From assembly GCA_026397315.1 (NCBI GenBank), contig JAPLVC010000004.1, positions 64,001-128,000 on the forward strand: DNA of 64,000 nucleotides. The letters are read 5' to 3'. Both the position numbers and the translations under genes were made by a program. Positions 1-9,181 of this stretch are shown here, one piece after another. Below the pieces are notes generated by a model, which was not told where the DNA came from, did no database searches, and worked only from the letters and a program-made list of their open reading frames with translations. Source of the stretch: Candidatus Aenigmatarchaeota archaeon. GTDB taxonomy: Archaea > Aenigmatarchaeota > Aenigmatarchaeia > QMZP01 > QMZT01. The number at the start of each line of letters is the position of its first letter. Positions within the stretch are counted from its first letter, which is position 1.

Positions 1-81
1 TTGTTCTGCGATAACATCAATGAGAGATACATGGCCGTTTCTGCTATCATCATTAAGAAGTAGCAAAAGGATTTAAATTGC

Positions 82-369
82 TTAGGAGACGATGATTCTT
101 TCCACGTCCGCGGCTTTCGCGCCTCTTATCAGCAGCACCTTGTCTTTCGACTTGAAGCCGCTCACGATTTCGACGTCCTTCTTCGTCGCGCGCTTCAGCT
201 CTTTGACTATCTCCGCGTTCGCCTCTCCTTCGCGCGGAGGCGACGTGACCTCGAGAACGAGCCGGCCTTCCTTGAGCACGAGCGCGAAGCGGCTGGCGTT
301 CGTCTTGGCCCGGACTTCGATCAGCACGCCTTCAGGCGTTTCTCTTAACGTTACCTTTCCTCCGGACAT
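82..369 (-). CDS. DUF167 / YggU family protein
   Basis: 95 aa; pattern IEVRAKTNAS...VTSPPREGEANAEIV..L...IVSGFKSKDK typical of DUF167. Confidence 0.85.
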   Translation of the reverse strand: MSGGKVTLRETPEGVLIEVRAKTNASRFALVLKEGRLVLEVTSPPREGEANAEIVKELKRATKKDVEIVSGFKSKDKVLLIRGAKAADVERIIVS

Positions 370-421
370 AATAACAATATATGTGAATTATATTTTAATC
401 CCGGACGGTCAAATACGATAT

Positions 422-1174
422 ATGGAAATCGAGACTTTCGACCTTTTTTCAAGGCAGACGCCTTTCATCGGCATGGACAGGCAGGCTGCGCTCACCCAAG
501 CAAAAGTGGCAGTCGTCGGAGCAGGCGGACTCGGTTCGCATGTCGGCAGCCTGCTCGTGCGGGCGGGCGTAGGTGTCGTCCGCATAATCGACCGCGACAT
601 GGTTGAATACTCGAATCTCCCGCGCACCGCGATGTACGACCGCTCGAACATAGGAAAAGCGAAGGCGTTCGTGGCGTCGCAGAAACTTGGTAATATTGTT
701 TCCGGCAATCGCGTCGACGGCATGATAGAGAACGTCGCGGCGTCGAATGTCAAGGACGTGCTGGCGGGCTTCGACGTCATCGTCGACTGCACGGACAACA
801 TGGACTCGCGCTATGTCATAAACAAGTTCTGCGTCAGGAACAAGGTGCCGTGGGTGTATGGCGCCGTCCTTAGGGACGAGGGATTCTCTTCGACTTTCAG
901 GGCAGGCGGCAGGCCGTGCCTGAACTGCATCTACAGGATGAAGACAAAAGAGACGGAGAAGACGGAAAACGCTGGTGTGCTTGGCCCAGCTGTCGCGATG
1001 GTCGCCTCGTGGCAGGCCATGGAAGTCATCAAGCTCATAACCGGCCTTTCCGAGCCGAACTTCGGCAAAATGCTGAGAATAAAGCTGGACAAGCCCGTAT
1101 TCGAGTTTCTCGAGATAAACAAGCAGGAGGAATGCGAGATATGCGGAAAAAACCTGCCAAAAAACATGGTCTGA
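422..1174 (+). CDS. ThiF/MoeB (E1-like, UbaA-type) adenylyltransferase
   Basis: FSRQ, VVGAGGLG, DRDMVEYSNLPR, DCTDN, CLNC and C-terminal CEIC zinc motifs; start trimmed to ATG 422. Confidence 0.9.
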   Translation: MEIETFDLFSRQTPFIGMDRQAALTQAKVAVVGAGGLGSHVGSLLVRAGVGVVRIIDRDMVEYSNLPRTAMYDRSNIGKAKAFVASQKLGNIVSGNRVDGMIENVAASNVKDVLAGFDVIVDCTDNMDSRYVINKFCVRNKVPWVYGAVLRDEGFSSTFRAGGRPCLNCIYRMKTKETEKTENAGVLGPAVAMVASWQAMEVIKLITGLSEPNFGKMLRIKLDKPVFEFLEINKQEECEICGKNLPKNMV

Positions 1175-2334
1175 AAAAACCAGGCGGCTCTAGGGCTAGC
1201 GCAGGCGCAAGGAAATTCATTCTGAAATACGGGGAGCTGTGGCTCAAGTCGGAGTTCGTGCGCAACCGCTTTATTAAAACGCTCGCCGAGAACGTGAGTC
1301 GTCAGTTACGCATGGCGGGAATAAAAGAATTCAGGCTCGAGAGGACGCGCGACATGCTGATTCTCGACTGCGCTAATCCGAAGGCGCCTCAGACGCTTTC
1401 GAAAATTTTCGGTATCACGTGGTTCGCTTTAGCTTTCGAAACGAAGCCGGAGATGAAGGCGATGGAGAAGGCCGTGCTAGCTCTCGCGAAGAAGATCGGG
1501 AGGGAGCAGACGTTCGCGATACGCGCGAGCAGGAGCGACAAGTCGCTGGCGTTCACGAGCAAGGACGTCGAGAACGAGATGGGCAAAAACGTTGACAGGA
1601 AAGTCGACCTTTCGAATCCGGATGTCACGATATTCGTCGAGCTGCGCAAGGGGATGGCTTACGTTTACTCGGAAAAGCTCAAAGGCGCGGGCGGCCTGCC
1701 TTACGGCGTGACCGGGCGCGTGCTCTCGCTGTTGTCCGGCGGCATCGATTCGCCCGTGGCGAGCTGGCTCATGATGAAGCGGGGATGCTCTGTCGATTTT
1801 GTTCATTATTACGTCAACGAGAGCGGAGTGGCGAAAATCCAAGGGCTCGTGAAGAAGCTGGGCGAATACGCACCCGCGAAGCTCATGTTATATTCCGTCC
1901 CGTTCGCGTCCATCCAGGAAGCGATTGTAAAAAATTGCGACACGCATTTCACCTGCGTGCTCTGCAAGCGGCTCATGTATATCACGGCATGCTCGCTGGC
2001 GAAAGAGACGAAAGCGAAGGCGCTCGTGACAGGCGAGAATCTTGCCCAGGTTGCGTCGCAGACTCTGGACAATCTCGTCGCTAACGACGACGCTGTTTCA
2101 ATGCCGAAGTTCAGGCCGCTGCTGACGATGGACAAGACGGAGACCATCGCGCTCGCAAATAAGATAGGGACTTATGATTTATCGATAAGGGAAGCGCACG
2201 CGTGCAGGTTCGTGCCTCGCAAGCCGGCGACCAACGCAAAGAAGGAAATCATAGACCGCGAGGCGAATAAAATAAAGAATCTGGACAAAATCATCGCTAA
2301 AGCGATTGCGTCTTCCATAAAAAGCACGGTGTGA
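1132..2334 (+). CDS. thiI: tRNA 4-thiouridine synthase ThiI (THUMP + PP-loop, no rhodanese domain)
   Basis: LKYGELWLKS, GGLPYG, SGGIDS, CVLCKR, TGENLAQVASQTL; AGGAGG precedes ATG 1132. Confidence 0.92.
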   Translation: MRDMRKKPAKKHGLKKPGGSRASAGARKFILKYGELWLKSEFVRNRFIKTLAENVSRQLRMAGIKEFRLERTRDMLILDCANPKAPQTLSKIFGITWFALAFETKPEMKAMEKAVLALAKKIGREQTFAIRASRSDKSLAFTSKDVENEMGKNVDRKVDLSNPDVTIFVELRKGMAYVYSEKLKGAGGLPYGVTGRVLSLLSGGIDSPVASWLMMKRGCSVDFVHYYVNESGVAKIQGLVKKLGEYAPAKLMLYSVPFASIQEAIVKNCDTHFTCVLCKRLMYITACSLAKETKAKALVTGENLAQVASQTLDNLVANDDAVSMPKFRPLLTMDKTETIALANKIGTYDLSIREAHACRFVPRKPATNAKKEIIDREANKIKNLDKIIAKAIASSIKSTV

Positions 2335-2342
2335 AAATGACA

Positions 2343-2372
2343 CACTCCCACGTCCTAAAGGACGGGGTATCC
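2343..2372 (+). repeat. Hairpin repeat copy 1 (IS200/IS605-end-like)
   Basis: cactcccacgtcctaaaggacggggtatcc: CGTCCT-aa-AGGACG perfect stem extended by CCC/GGG. Confidence 0.6.
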
Positions 2373-2394
2373 CGGAAGGAGGAAGGTGAAAAAC

Positions 2395-2601
2395 ATGGAT
2401 AAAAAAAGCATTTTGGTAAGGGCGAGAGAACGATTAGATACGACGCTCATAGTATTTGAGTTAGTTCTGAGTGTGTTGTTCAGTTTAGTGGGGCATCTCA
2501 CAGGAAGCATGTATCTTCGTGGAATTGGAGTCGGATTGATAATTGCTTGGGTGACAAGCACATTAGCCTATCTTAGAGTAGGGAAAAAGGAGGGCGTTTG
2601 A
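2395..2601 (+). CDS. Small membrane protein (2 TM), AT-rich cassette gene 1
   Basis: 68 aa with two hydrophobic stretches; GGAGG/GGTGA upstream. Confidence 0.7.
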   Translation: MDKKSILVRARERLDTTLIVFELVLSVLFSLVGHLTGSMYLRGIGVGLIIAWVTSTLAYLRVGKKEGV

Positions 2602-2602
2602 A

Positions 2603-2788
2603 ATGGAATATAGAACAAAGAGGCATATAACAAACACATTGCTTTATGCAGCAATCATAACAGCAATAATGGGAATCATACTCCAATACACGAAAATTGG
2701 AACTATTATTTTTGCTTTTATAAGTGTTGGGTTATTGGCTGCTGACAGATATACAGAGAATAAGCATTTGAAAGAAGAGGGGCGATAA
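2603..2788 (+). CDS. Small membrane protein (2 TM), AT-rich cassette gene 2
   Basis: 61 aa with two hydrophobic stretches; GGAGG upstream; starts 1 nt after gene 1. Confidence 0.7.
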   Translation: MEYRTKRHITNTLLYAAIITAIMGIILQYTKIGTIIFAFISVGLLAADRYTENKHLKEEGR

Positions 2789-2808
2789 AATGCAAACTAA
2801 ACAAGCCT

Positions 2809-2841
2809 CACTTCCTACCAAGCCTAAAGATTTGAGTATCC
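2809..2841 (+). repeat. Hairpin repeat copy 2 (degenerate)
   Basis: cacttcctaccaagcctaaagatttgagtatcc shares CAC..CC...CCTAAAG....G.GTATCC with copy 1; imperfect CAAGCCT/AGATTTG stem. Confidence 0.55.
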
Positions 2842-2854
2842 ATGAGGCGATTTA

Positions 2855-3373
2855 ATGGCCAGAAAGAAATTCGTTAACGCCCTGTTCATCGGCCGTTTCC
2901 AGCCTTTACACGACGGTCATATGGAAGTCATAAGAGACGCCGCTGGTTCGAGCGACAAGCTTACGATAATTATTGCCGGGCCCGGGAAGCCCGACGCCAG
3001 AAACCCTTTCTCTTTCTCCGAGCGTAAGCGCATGATAAAGCTCGCGCTTTCATCCGCTAAAATCAAAAATTATGTTGTCCGCGAGCTGCGCGACGTGAAC
3101 GCAGACAAGCGATGGAGCGCCGCGATAGCGCGCCTTGGACGCTTCGATATCGCATACTCGCGCAATCCATGGACGTCCCGCTGTCTGAAAGCGGCGGGCA
3201 TCCCGGTCGCGAAGCACAAATTCTACGCGCGCTACAAGAACTGCGGCAGGGCGATACGCGAGCGCATCATGCATCGCAAGAGCTGGAGCACTCTGGTGCC
3301 GCCTGCTGTCTACAAATACGTCCAGAAGATAAACGGCGAGAAAAGGATACGTGGCAGTTTACCTGAGAAGTAG
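2855..3373 (+). CDS. Nicotinamide-nucleotide adenylyltransferase (archaeal NadM type)
   Basis: FIGRFQPLHDGH, NPFSFSER, W..LVP motifs. Confidence 0.85.
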   Translation: MARKKFVNALFIGRFQPLHDGHMEVIRDAAGSSDKLTIIIAGPGKPDARNPFSFSERKRMIKLALSSAKIKNYVVRELRDVNADKRWSAAIARLGRFDIAYSRNPWTSRCLKAAGIPVAKHKFYARYKNCGRAIRERIMHRKSWSTLVPPAVYKYVQKINGEKRIRGSLPEK

Positions 3374-3883
3374 CTTCCCGTTCCTGTCCATCTCTTCGGC
3401 GCGGATTCTTGTTGACGAGATGGCGGTCTTGTCGCTGGCCAGGACCATCGGAACCTCTACGACGTCAAGCGGCCTGAGTCCCACGTCCTCGCGGATGAGG
3501 TTTATGCCGCGCGCTCCTGGCAGAGTTTCCGTGCTCACTATGATGGCTTCCACGCTGCATCCCTTTTTAGCCAGCTCCTGGTCGAAGAAGTTGTCCAGTC
3601 TGCTTATATCATAGCGCTTCCTTTCTATTCTGAGCGACGAGAGGAACTTCGCTAGCGACCTCTTCCGCTCGTCGTACTGGCGGATGCCGCGCTTGCCCTT
3701 GCGCCACGCGTATTCGTCGGTGACGAGGCCTATCTGGCAGAAATGCGCTCTCTCGAAAGCTTTCCTTAGCAGCGCTTCGTGGCCTTTGTGAATAGGAATA
3801 TCGAAAGTTCCTCCTATGCAGGCGACATTGTATTTTCTTCCTGTTTTAATGCGTATCGCTTTTTTCTTATTCTTCAGAGGCAT
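3359..3883 (-). CDS. coaD: Archaeal phosphopantetheine adenylyltransferase
   Basis: GGTFD..HKGH, IIVSTET, ISSTRIR..EMDRNG. Confidence 0.85.
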   Translation of the reverse strand: MPLKNKKKAIRIKTGRKYNVACIGGTFDIPIHKGHEALLRKAFERAHFCQIGLVTDEYAWRKGKRGIRQYDERKRSLAKFLSSLRIERKRYDISRLDNFFDQELAKKGCSVEAIIVSTETLPGARGINLIREDVGLRPLDVVEVPMVLASDKTAISSTRIRAEEMDRNGKLLLR

Positions 3884-3961
3884 GTTAACGAGAAATTTTG
3901 GTTTTGCTGATTTAAAAACAATGCGACGCGGAACGTCGTGAAACTTATTAGATGGCGCCGT

Positions 3962-5212
3962 TCATCCGAGGATGTTGGGCCAGAACGTCGTCACGACGAG
4001 CAGGCCTGACAGCAGGATGAGGATTACAGTCGACGCCGTGACAACCACGTTATAGAATCTGCTGTTTGTGTATTCCCCCATTATATGCTCGTTGTTTATC
4101 AATTTCACCACGGCAACGAGGATGATGGGAAGCACTACCCCGTTCACGACCTGGGAAAGCAGCATGATCCACACGAGCGGCAGGTCGGGAAGCAGTATCA
4201 CGCCGACTGAAAAGGCGATTATCGCGCCTATTATCGTGTAGAAATGCTTTGCCTCGCCGAATTTCCTGTTGAGGCCGGATTCCCAGCCGAACGCCTCGCA
4301 GACGTAGAACGCCGTCGCCAGCGGGAGTATGAAAGCCCCGAAAAGCCCGGCGCCGAAAAGCCCGACCGCGAACAGCGCTTTAGCGAGCGTGCCCGCCAGC
4401 GGCTCAAGCGCGATGGCGGCATCCGCGGCGTTGTTTATCACTATGCCGTTCGTGAAAAGCAGGGCCGCGCAGCAGACTATGATGAAGAACGATACCACGT
4501 CGGTCATTACGCATCCCAGCATGACTTCGACCTTCGAATAAGCGTAGTCTTTCGCGTTTATCCCTTTCTCAACTATCGACGACTGCAGATAGAACTGCAT
4601 CCAGGGGGCGATTGTCGTGCCTATCAATCCGACCAGGATTATGATGTATGCGGATGAGAGCTGGAACGTGGGCGTGATTAACTGTCTCCCCACTTCCCCC
4701 CAGTCCGGGTTGGCCATGACGCCTGATATGATATATGACACGTAGAAGAGTATCATCAGCAGGAATATCTTCTCCAGGGACTTGTAATTGAATTTCAGCA
4801 GCAGCAAGGCAACAGTGATCGCGCAGAGCGGGACCAGTATGAACCTGCTGAGGCCGAATATCTCGCCGGCGGCCGCGATGCCCGCGAACTCCGAGACCGT
4901 AGTGGCGAAGTTCGCTACCAGCAGGCCGACCATGATGAAGAAAGTCACCTTGACGCCGAAATTCTCGCGAATCAGGTCCGAAAGCCCCTTGCCGGTGACG
5001 GCTCCCATCCTCGCGCACATCTCCTGGACTATTATCAGGAGAATGGTTATCGGAATAAGCGTCCAGAGAATCGGATAGCCGAACTGCGCGCCGGCGACGG
5101 AATACGTCGTTATGCCTCCTGCATCGTTATCCACGTTCGCGGTTATCAGTCCCGGGCCGATTATGCCAAGAAAAATGATGAGTTTCTTCTTGTCAAGTTT
5201 CGGGAATTTCAT
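3962..5212 (-). CDS. NRAMP-family divalent metal transporter (NRMT-like, probably Mg2+)
   Basis: GPGLITANVDNDAGGITTYS, QEMCARMG, GTTIAPWMQFY. Confidence 0.88.
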   Translation of the reverse strand: MKFPKLDKKKLIIFLGIIGPGLITANVDNDAGGITTYSVAGAQFGYPILWTLIPITILLIIVQEMCARMGAVTGKGLSDLIRENFGVKVTFFIMVGLLVANFATTVSEFAGIAAAGEIFGLSRFILVPLCAITVALLLLKFNYKSLEKIFLLMILFYVSYIISGVMANPDWGEVGRQLITPTFQLSSAYIIILVGLIGTTIAPWMQFYLQSSIVEKGINAKDYAYSKVEVMLGCVMTDVVSFFIIVCCAALLFTNGIVINNAADAAIALEPLAGTLAKALFAVGLFGAGLFGAFILPLATAFYVCEAFGWESGLNRKFGEAKHFYTIIGAIIAFSVGVILLPDLPLVWIMLLSQVVNGVVLPIILVAVVKLINNEHIMGEYTNSRFYNVVVTASTVILILLSGLLVVTTFWPNILG

Positions 5213-5244
5213 TCTTTCGACCTGTCATATTTAACAAAGTAGCC

Positions 5245-6567
5245 TTAATTGGATTGCACGGGTTTGCTTGCATTCCCGTTGTTCCTGAAGCCGTGCTTTC
5301 TCCTTTCCGGCGCGAAATATCTTTTTCTCTTCCATGCTCTGGGCAAGACCTCTGAAATGACGTCGTTGGCCTTAACCACGCCTTTGAGAACGCCGTTCTC
5401 GTCCACGACCGGCACGGTGAAAAGGTTGTACTTGACCAGCGCTTTTGCAGCGTCCTCTTTTGACGTGGTGGTCTGCATGCTTATTATCTTGTTCTTCATG
5501 AGCTTTTCTATCTTTTCGTCGGCCGGGGCGGTCACGAGGTTGCCGACCGGAAGGTAGCCCAGAAGCTTCTGTTTTTCGTCCACCACGTACATCCTGTAAA
5601 CTTTATCGGACGAAGGCTTCAGTTTCCTCATGAGCTCTATGGTGTTCTCCGCGGTGTAGCTGCTCGGTATCGCTATGAACTCGGTGTGCATTATTGAGCC
5701 GACCGAAGTGTCAGTGTATCCCAGTATTTCTTTGACTCTTCTTGCGGACTCCGGCTTCATGCTGTGGAGAATCTCGTTTTTCATGTCATCCGTCATGAGG
5801 CTGATCAGGTCGGCCGCATGGTTCGGCGGGATGTTTTCAAGTATCTCCAGTATGCTGTTCATCTTCATGGACTTGAGGAACGATTTCTGGATTTCGGGTT
5901 CCGACTCGATTATTGTCTTGGCGGCCTTATCCCTGTCGAGCGAATTGAAAACGAGTTCTCTCTCCTTGTAAGTGAGGTCTTCCATGAGGTCGGCGATGTC
6001 GGCGGGATGGAGGTCGGCTATCTTGCTCTTCTTGAGCTTTATGTGAAGCTTCTGGATTTCCGGGTCGAGCGACTCCACGAATTCCCACGGTATGATATGG
6101 TCTTTCATCTTGCCGACAAACGTTTCGCTGAGCTTCTCGCCGGCAAGCGAGCGCAGGAGGCTTTTCGCGCCCACGCACACGGCAACTATGCAGAACATGC
6201 ATCCGACTTTGCCGAGGAAAACATCATTGACTCTCACCACCTTGAGCCCGTCCACGTCTATGATTTGCTTGTCTATCAGCTTGCTCACTGTAAATTCTTT
6301 TTCCTTTTCAAACGTCGGCTCAATCTCGCTTTCAAGCGAATTCAGATGAATGTCGGCTTCAAGGCCCCGCGTCTTCGTGCTGTCCTTTATTTCCTTCACA
6401 AGGCTCCACGGGATCTTCTTCCTGTAATTATTTTTTGATATGTAGATGACGTGGCTTATCTCCGCATATTTTTCCCCGTCATTGAATCCCATGTCTACAA
6501 GTATGCCTATTTTTTTGTCTGCTGAATCCAATACCGGTTTTCCCTTCAACTGGCTGAAATAGACCAT
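5245..6567 (-). CDS. MgtE-like cytosolic protein (PRC-barrel + MgtE N-domain + CBS pair, no TM domain)
   Basis: LIDKQIIDVDGLKVVRVND, LHPADIADLMEDL, C-terminal CBS pair (PVVDENGVLKGVV). Confidence 0.85.
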   Translation of the reverse strand: MVYFSQLKGKPVLDSADKKIGILVDMGFNDGEKYAEISHVIYISKNNYRKKIPWSLVKEIKDSTKTRGLEADIHLNSLESEIEPTFEKEKEFTVSKLIDKQIIDVDGLKVVRVNDVFLGKVGCMFCIVAVCVGAKSLLRSLAGEKLSETFVGKMKDHIIPWEFVESLDPEIQKLHIKLKKSKIADLHPADIADLMEDLTYKERELVFNSLDRDKAAKTIIESEPEIQKSFLKSMKMNSILEILENIPPNHAADLISLMTDDMKNEILHSMKPESARRVKEILGYTDTSVGSIMHTEFIAIPSSYTAENTIELMRKLKPSSDKVYRMYVVDEKQKLLGYLPVGNLVTAPADEKIEKLMKNKIISMQTTTSKEDAAKALVKYNLFTVPVVDENGVLKGVVKANDVISEVLPRAWKRKRYFAPERRKHGFRNNGNASKPVQSN

Positions 6568-6713
6568 AAGTTCAACTCGTAAACCTTATTTATAATCTTT
6601 CCCCAACCTGCCTTATTAAGGCAATTTCATCCGTCCTAATTGTCGGCTGCACGTGGCCGGCGGTTAAGCGATATTTAAAAAAAATTAATTAGCAGCCACG
6701 ACGAATTATTAAT

Positions 6714-7322
6714 ATGCTGCAGGAAATCCTTATCGTCACTATTTCGCTCTTCGCGATCGTTGACCCGATCGCTGCCGTGCCGGTCTTCATCTCGACTTTC
6801 GGCGGGGCGGACAGGAAGAAGCGACGAAAGGCTGCGATAGATGCGGTGCTCGCTGCTTTCGCGCTGCTTGTCGTATTTGCGCTAATAGGCATGCCGCTGC
6901 TGAACTACCTGAACATCTCCATATCAGCGTTCATGATAGCGGGCGGGCTCCTGTTGCTGTTCCTGGCCTTCGAATTTCTTCTGGGCCAGCTTCCGAAGTC
7001 TAGAACCGTGGAGAGCGAGCCCGGCGACGCCGTCGTTCCCATAGGCACGCCGCTTCTGGCAGGGCCTGGAGCGATAACGTCAGTCATATTTTTCACGCAC
7101 CTTTACGGTTTCACGATAACGTTCGTGGCGACCATTATAGTGATGGTCATATGCCTGGCGGCTTTCCTGATGAGCCACAAGCTCGAGCGCGTCATAGGCA
7201 AGAACGGGTTGAAGATAATCACGAGGATAATGGGCCTTATTACGGCCGCCATTGCGATAAGCTTCATAGAGAAGGCATTCATAGGGTACGGAATTTTACA
7301 TGCCGTAGCGCCCATGATTTAG
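6714..7322 (+). CDS. MarC family membrane protein
   Basis: LFAIVDP..AVPVF, AVVPIGTPLLAGPGAI, ITRIMGLI. Confidence 0.92.
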   Translation: MLQEILIVTISLFAIVDPIAAVPVFISTFGGADRKKRRKAAIDAVLAAFALLVVFALIGMPLLNYLNISISAFMIAGGLLLLFLAFEFLLGQLPKSRTVESEPGDAVVPIGTPLLAGPGAITSVIFFTHLYGFTITFVATIIVMVICLAAFLMSHKLERVIGKNGLKIITRIMGLITAAIAISFIEKAFIGYGILHAVAPMI

Positions 7323-7543
7323 CTATAACGGCGAATCCCTTCTTGTGCATAGCTTCTGCGTAGTTTTTGCCGCTACCCCATATTATAATTACATATTAAT
7401 ATATTAATTAATATATATACTTAAAAATTAAGTTTTTAAAATATCTAAATATTGTTTTTAAAAACTAATAACAATAGAAAAGTATTTAAGTATGTTCAAA
7501 TAAAATATTATTTGCCGCTCAGTATAAAATGGGGTGATGGGGA

Positions 7544-8587
7544 ATGGAGAATTGTGCTCAGAATGAATTTGAATCTCACCAGGCCAAGATTATGGTTTTT
7601 GGCTGTGGTGGCGGTGGTAGCAACACCATAAACAGGCTGACGAACATGGATATACAAGGCGCGGTGACAATAGCTGCCAACACGGATGCCAGGCATCTTG
7701 CCGTCACAAACGCCCACAAAAAACTTCTCATAGGAAAAGACATCACGAGAGGGCTAGGAGCAGGTGGTTACCCTGAAGTCGGAAGGAGAGCGGCCGAAGA
7801 ATCCAGGGAAGACATAAAGAAACTATTAACCGGCTGCGATTTGCTGTTCGTGACGTGTGGGCTTGGCGGCGGGACCGGAACAGGTGCGGCACCAGTGGTG
7901 GCCAAGGTCGCCAAGGAGCTAGGCTCGATAGTGATAGGCACTGTCACGCTGCCTTTCAAAATGGAAGGCGCGAGAGTAGGCAAGGCGGAAGACGGTCTGC
8001 AGCGACTCAGGGACGCATGTGACACTGTCATTGTTATAGAGAACCAGAAGCTCGTCCAGCTTGCAGGCACCAGGCCGCTTGGAGAGGCGTTCGCAGTCGC
8101 GGACGGCCTCATAGCGACGATGATAAAGGGCATAACGGAGACGATATCTCAGCCTTCGCTCGTGAACCTCGACTACGCAGACGTCAAGACCATAATGAAC
8201 TCAGGCGGCGTCGCGACAATAGGAGTCGGCATATCAGACACGAAGAACCGCGCTTACGAGGTCGTGGAGCAGGCGCTGAAGAACCCGCTGCTTGACGTCG
8301 ACTACGAAGGTGCGACAGGTGCGCTGATACAGGTAATCGGCGGAGACGACATGACACTCGACGAGATAAACATCGTCGGCGAATCGATATCCAAGAAGAT
8401 GAATCCCGACGCGACGGTCATGTGGGGCGCCAGGATCCTGCCTGAATTCAAGGGCAAGCTTCAGGTCATAACGATAATAACCGGAGTGAAGTCGCCTTAC
8501 ATAATGGGCAAGACCCAGGAAGCGAAGCAGGTGAAATCTGCTGCCGAGAACTTCTCGAAGGAGTTCGGCATCAGGGTTTACGCTTGA
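7544..8587 (+). CDS. ftsZ: Cell division protein FtsZ
   Basis: GCGGGGSNT, GLGAGGYP, GLGGGTGTGAAP, LVNLDYADV. Confidence 0.97.
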   Translation: MENCAQNEFESHQAKIMVFGCGGGGSNTINRLTNMDIQGAVTIAANTDARHLAVTNAHKKLLIGKDITRGLGAGGYPEVGRRAAEESREDIKKLLTGCDLLFVTCGLGGGTGTGAAPVVAKVAKELGSIVIGTVTLPFKMEGARVGKAEDGLQRLRDACDTVIVIENQKLVQLAGTRPLGEAFAVADGLIATMIKGITETISQPSLVNLDYADVKTIMNSGGVATIGVGISDTKNRAYEVVEQALKNPLLDVDYEGATGALIQVIGGDDMTLDEINIVGESISKKMNPDATVMWGARILPEFKGKLQVITIITGVKSPYIMGKTQEAKQVKSAAENFSKEFGIRVYA

Positions 8588-8624
8588 ATGTAAACACACC
8601 CAAACGTGTCATAGCTTTACCCAG

Positions 8625-8683
8625 GGAAAGGGCGGGCCGCTGGCGAATCCGGGCGGCCTTTAACTTTCCTCTCATTCTTTTTT
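8625..8683 (+). terminator. GC hairpin plus T-tract between convergent genes
   Basis: GGAAAG..GGCCGC / GCGGCC..CTTTCC stem followed by a T run. Confidence 0.45.
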
Positions 8684-8684
8684 A

Positions 8685-9098
8685 TTATTTTATTTTGCCG
8701 AAGTCGCCGTTTATTACGACTGGCCTTACCGCCTCTATCTCGGACTTGTAAAATTCTATTTCCGGGATGGGGTTCATCAGGAAAATCTTCTTGTTCAGGA
8801 CGTGCGCGAAGCCGATCTCCATCAGCGTATTGCCGCCTATGTAATTTTTGACGCCTCTCCTGTCGTAATTGAGCACGAGAATCGCGTCGCTCTTCTTTAT
8901 CTTATTCCAGAACCTGCGTATTGCATCCTTTTCGTTCTTGTCTAAGAGCGTTAGCCTTTCCTTCTCCTTTTCGTTTTTGCCGGCGTATGAGCCGATGAAA
9001 TCGGATATGAGAACCTCGTGGCCCAGCTTCTCGAGCTTCTCTTTCGTCTCCAGCATCTTCTCGGCGAAAACCATGCTTGAGCAGACCGCGATTTTCAT
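8685..9098 (-). CDS. Hypothetical protein, nucleoside 2-deoxyribosyltransferase-like fold
   Basis: KIKKSDAILVLN....YIGGNTLMEIGFAHVLNKKIFL. Confidence 0.7.
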   Translation of the reverse strand: MKIAVCSSMVFAEKMLETKEKLEKLGHEVLISDFIGSYAGKNEKEKERLTLLDKNEKDAIRRFWNKIKKSDAILVLNYDRRGVKNYIGGNTLMEIGFAHVLNKKIFLMNPIPEIEFYKSEIEAVRPVVINGDFGKIK

Positions 9099-9181
9099 GG
9101 TTATTGGATGATTCGTTGAAATAAAAATTCATCAAAGATGCTTTCCTGCCGCAACGTTTATTATCTTTATGGACAATTATC

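Noticed and set aside
92-421. N-terminal extension of the ThiF ORF (and 916-1131 of thiI)
   Set aside because: Overlaps real genes; family similarity begins at the downstream ATGs
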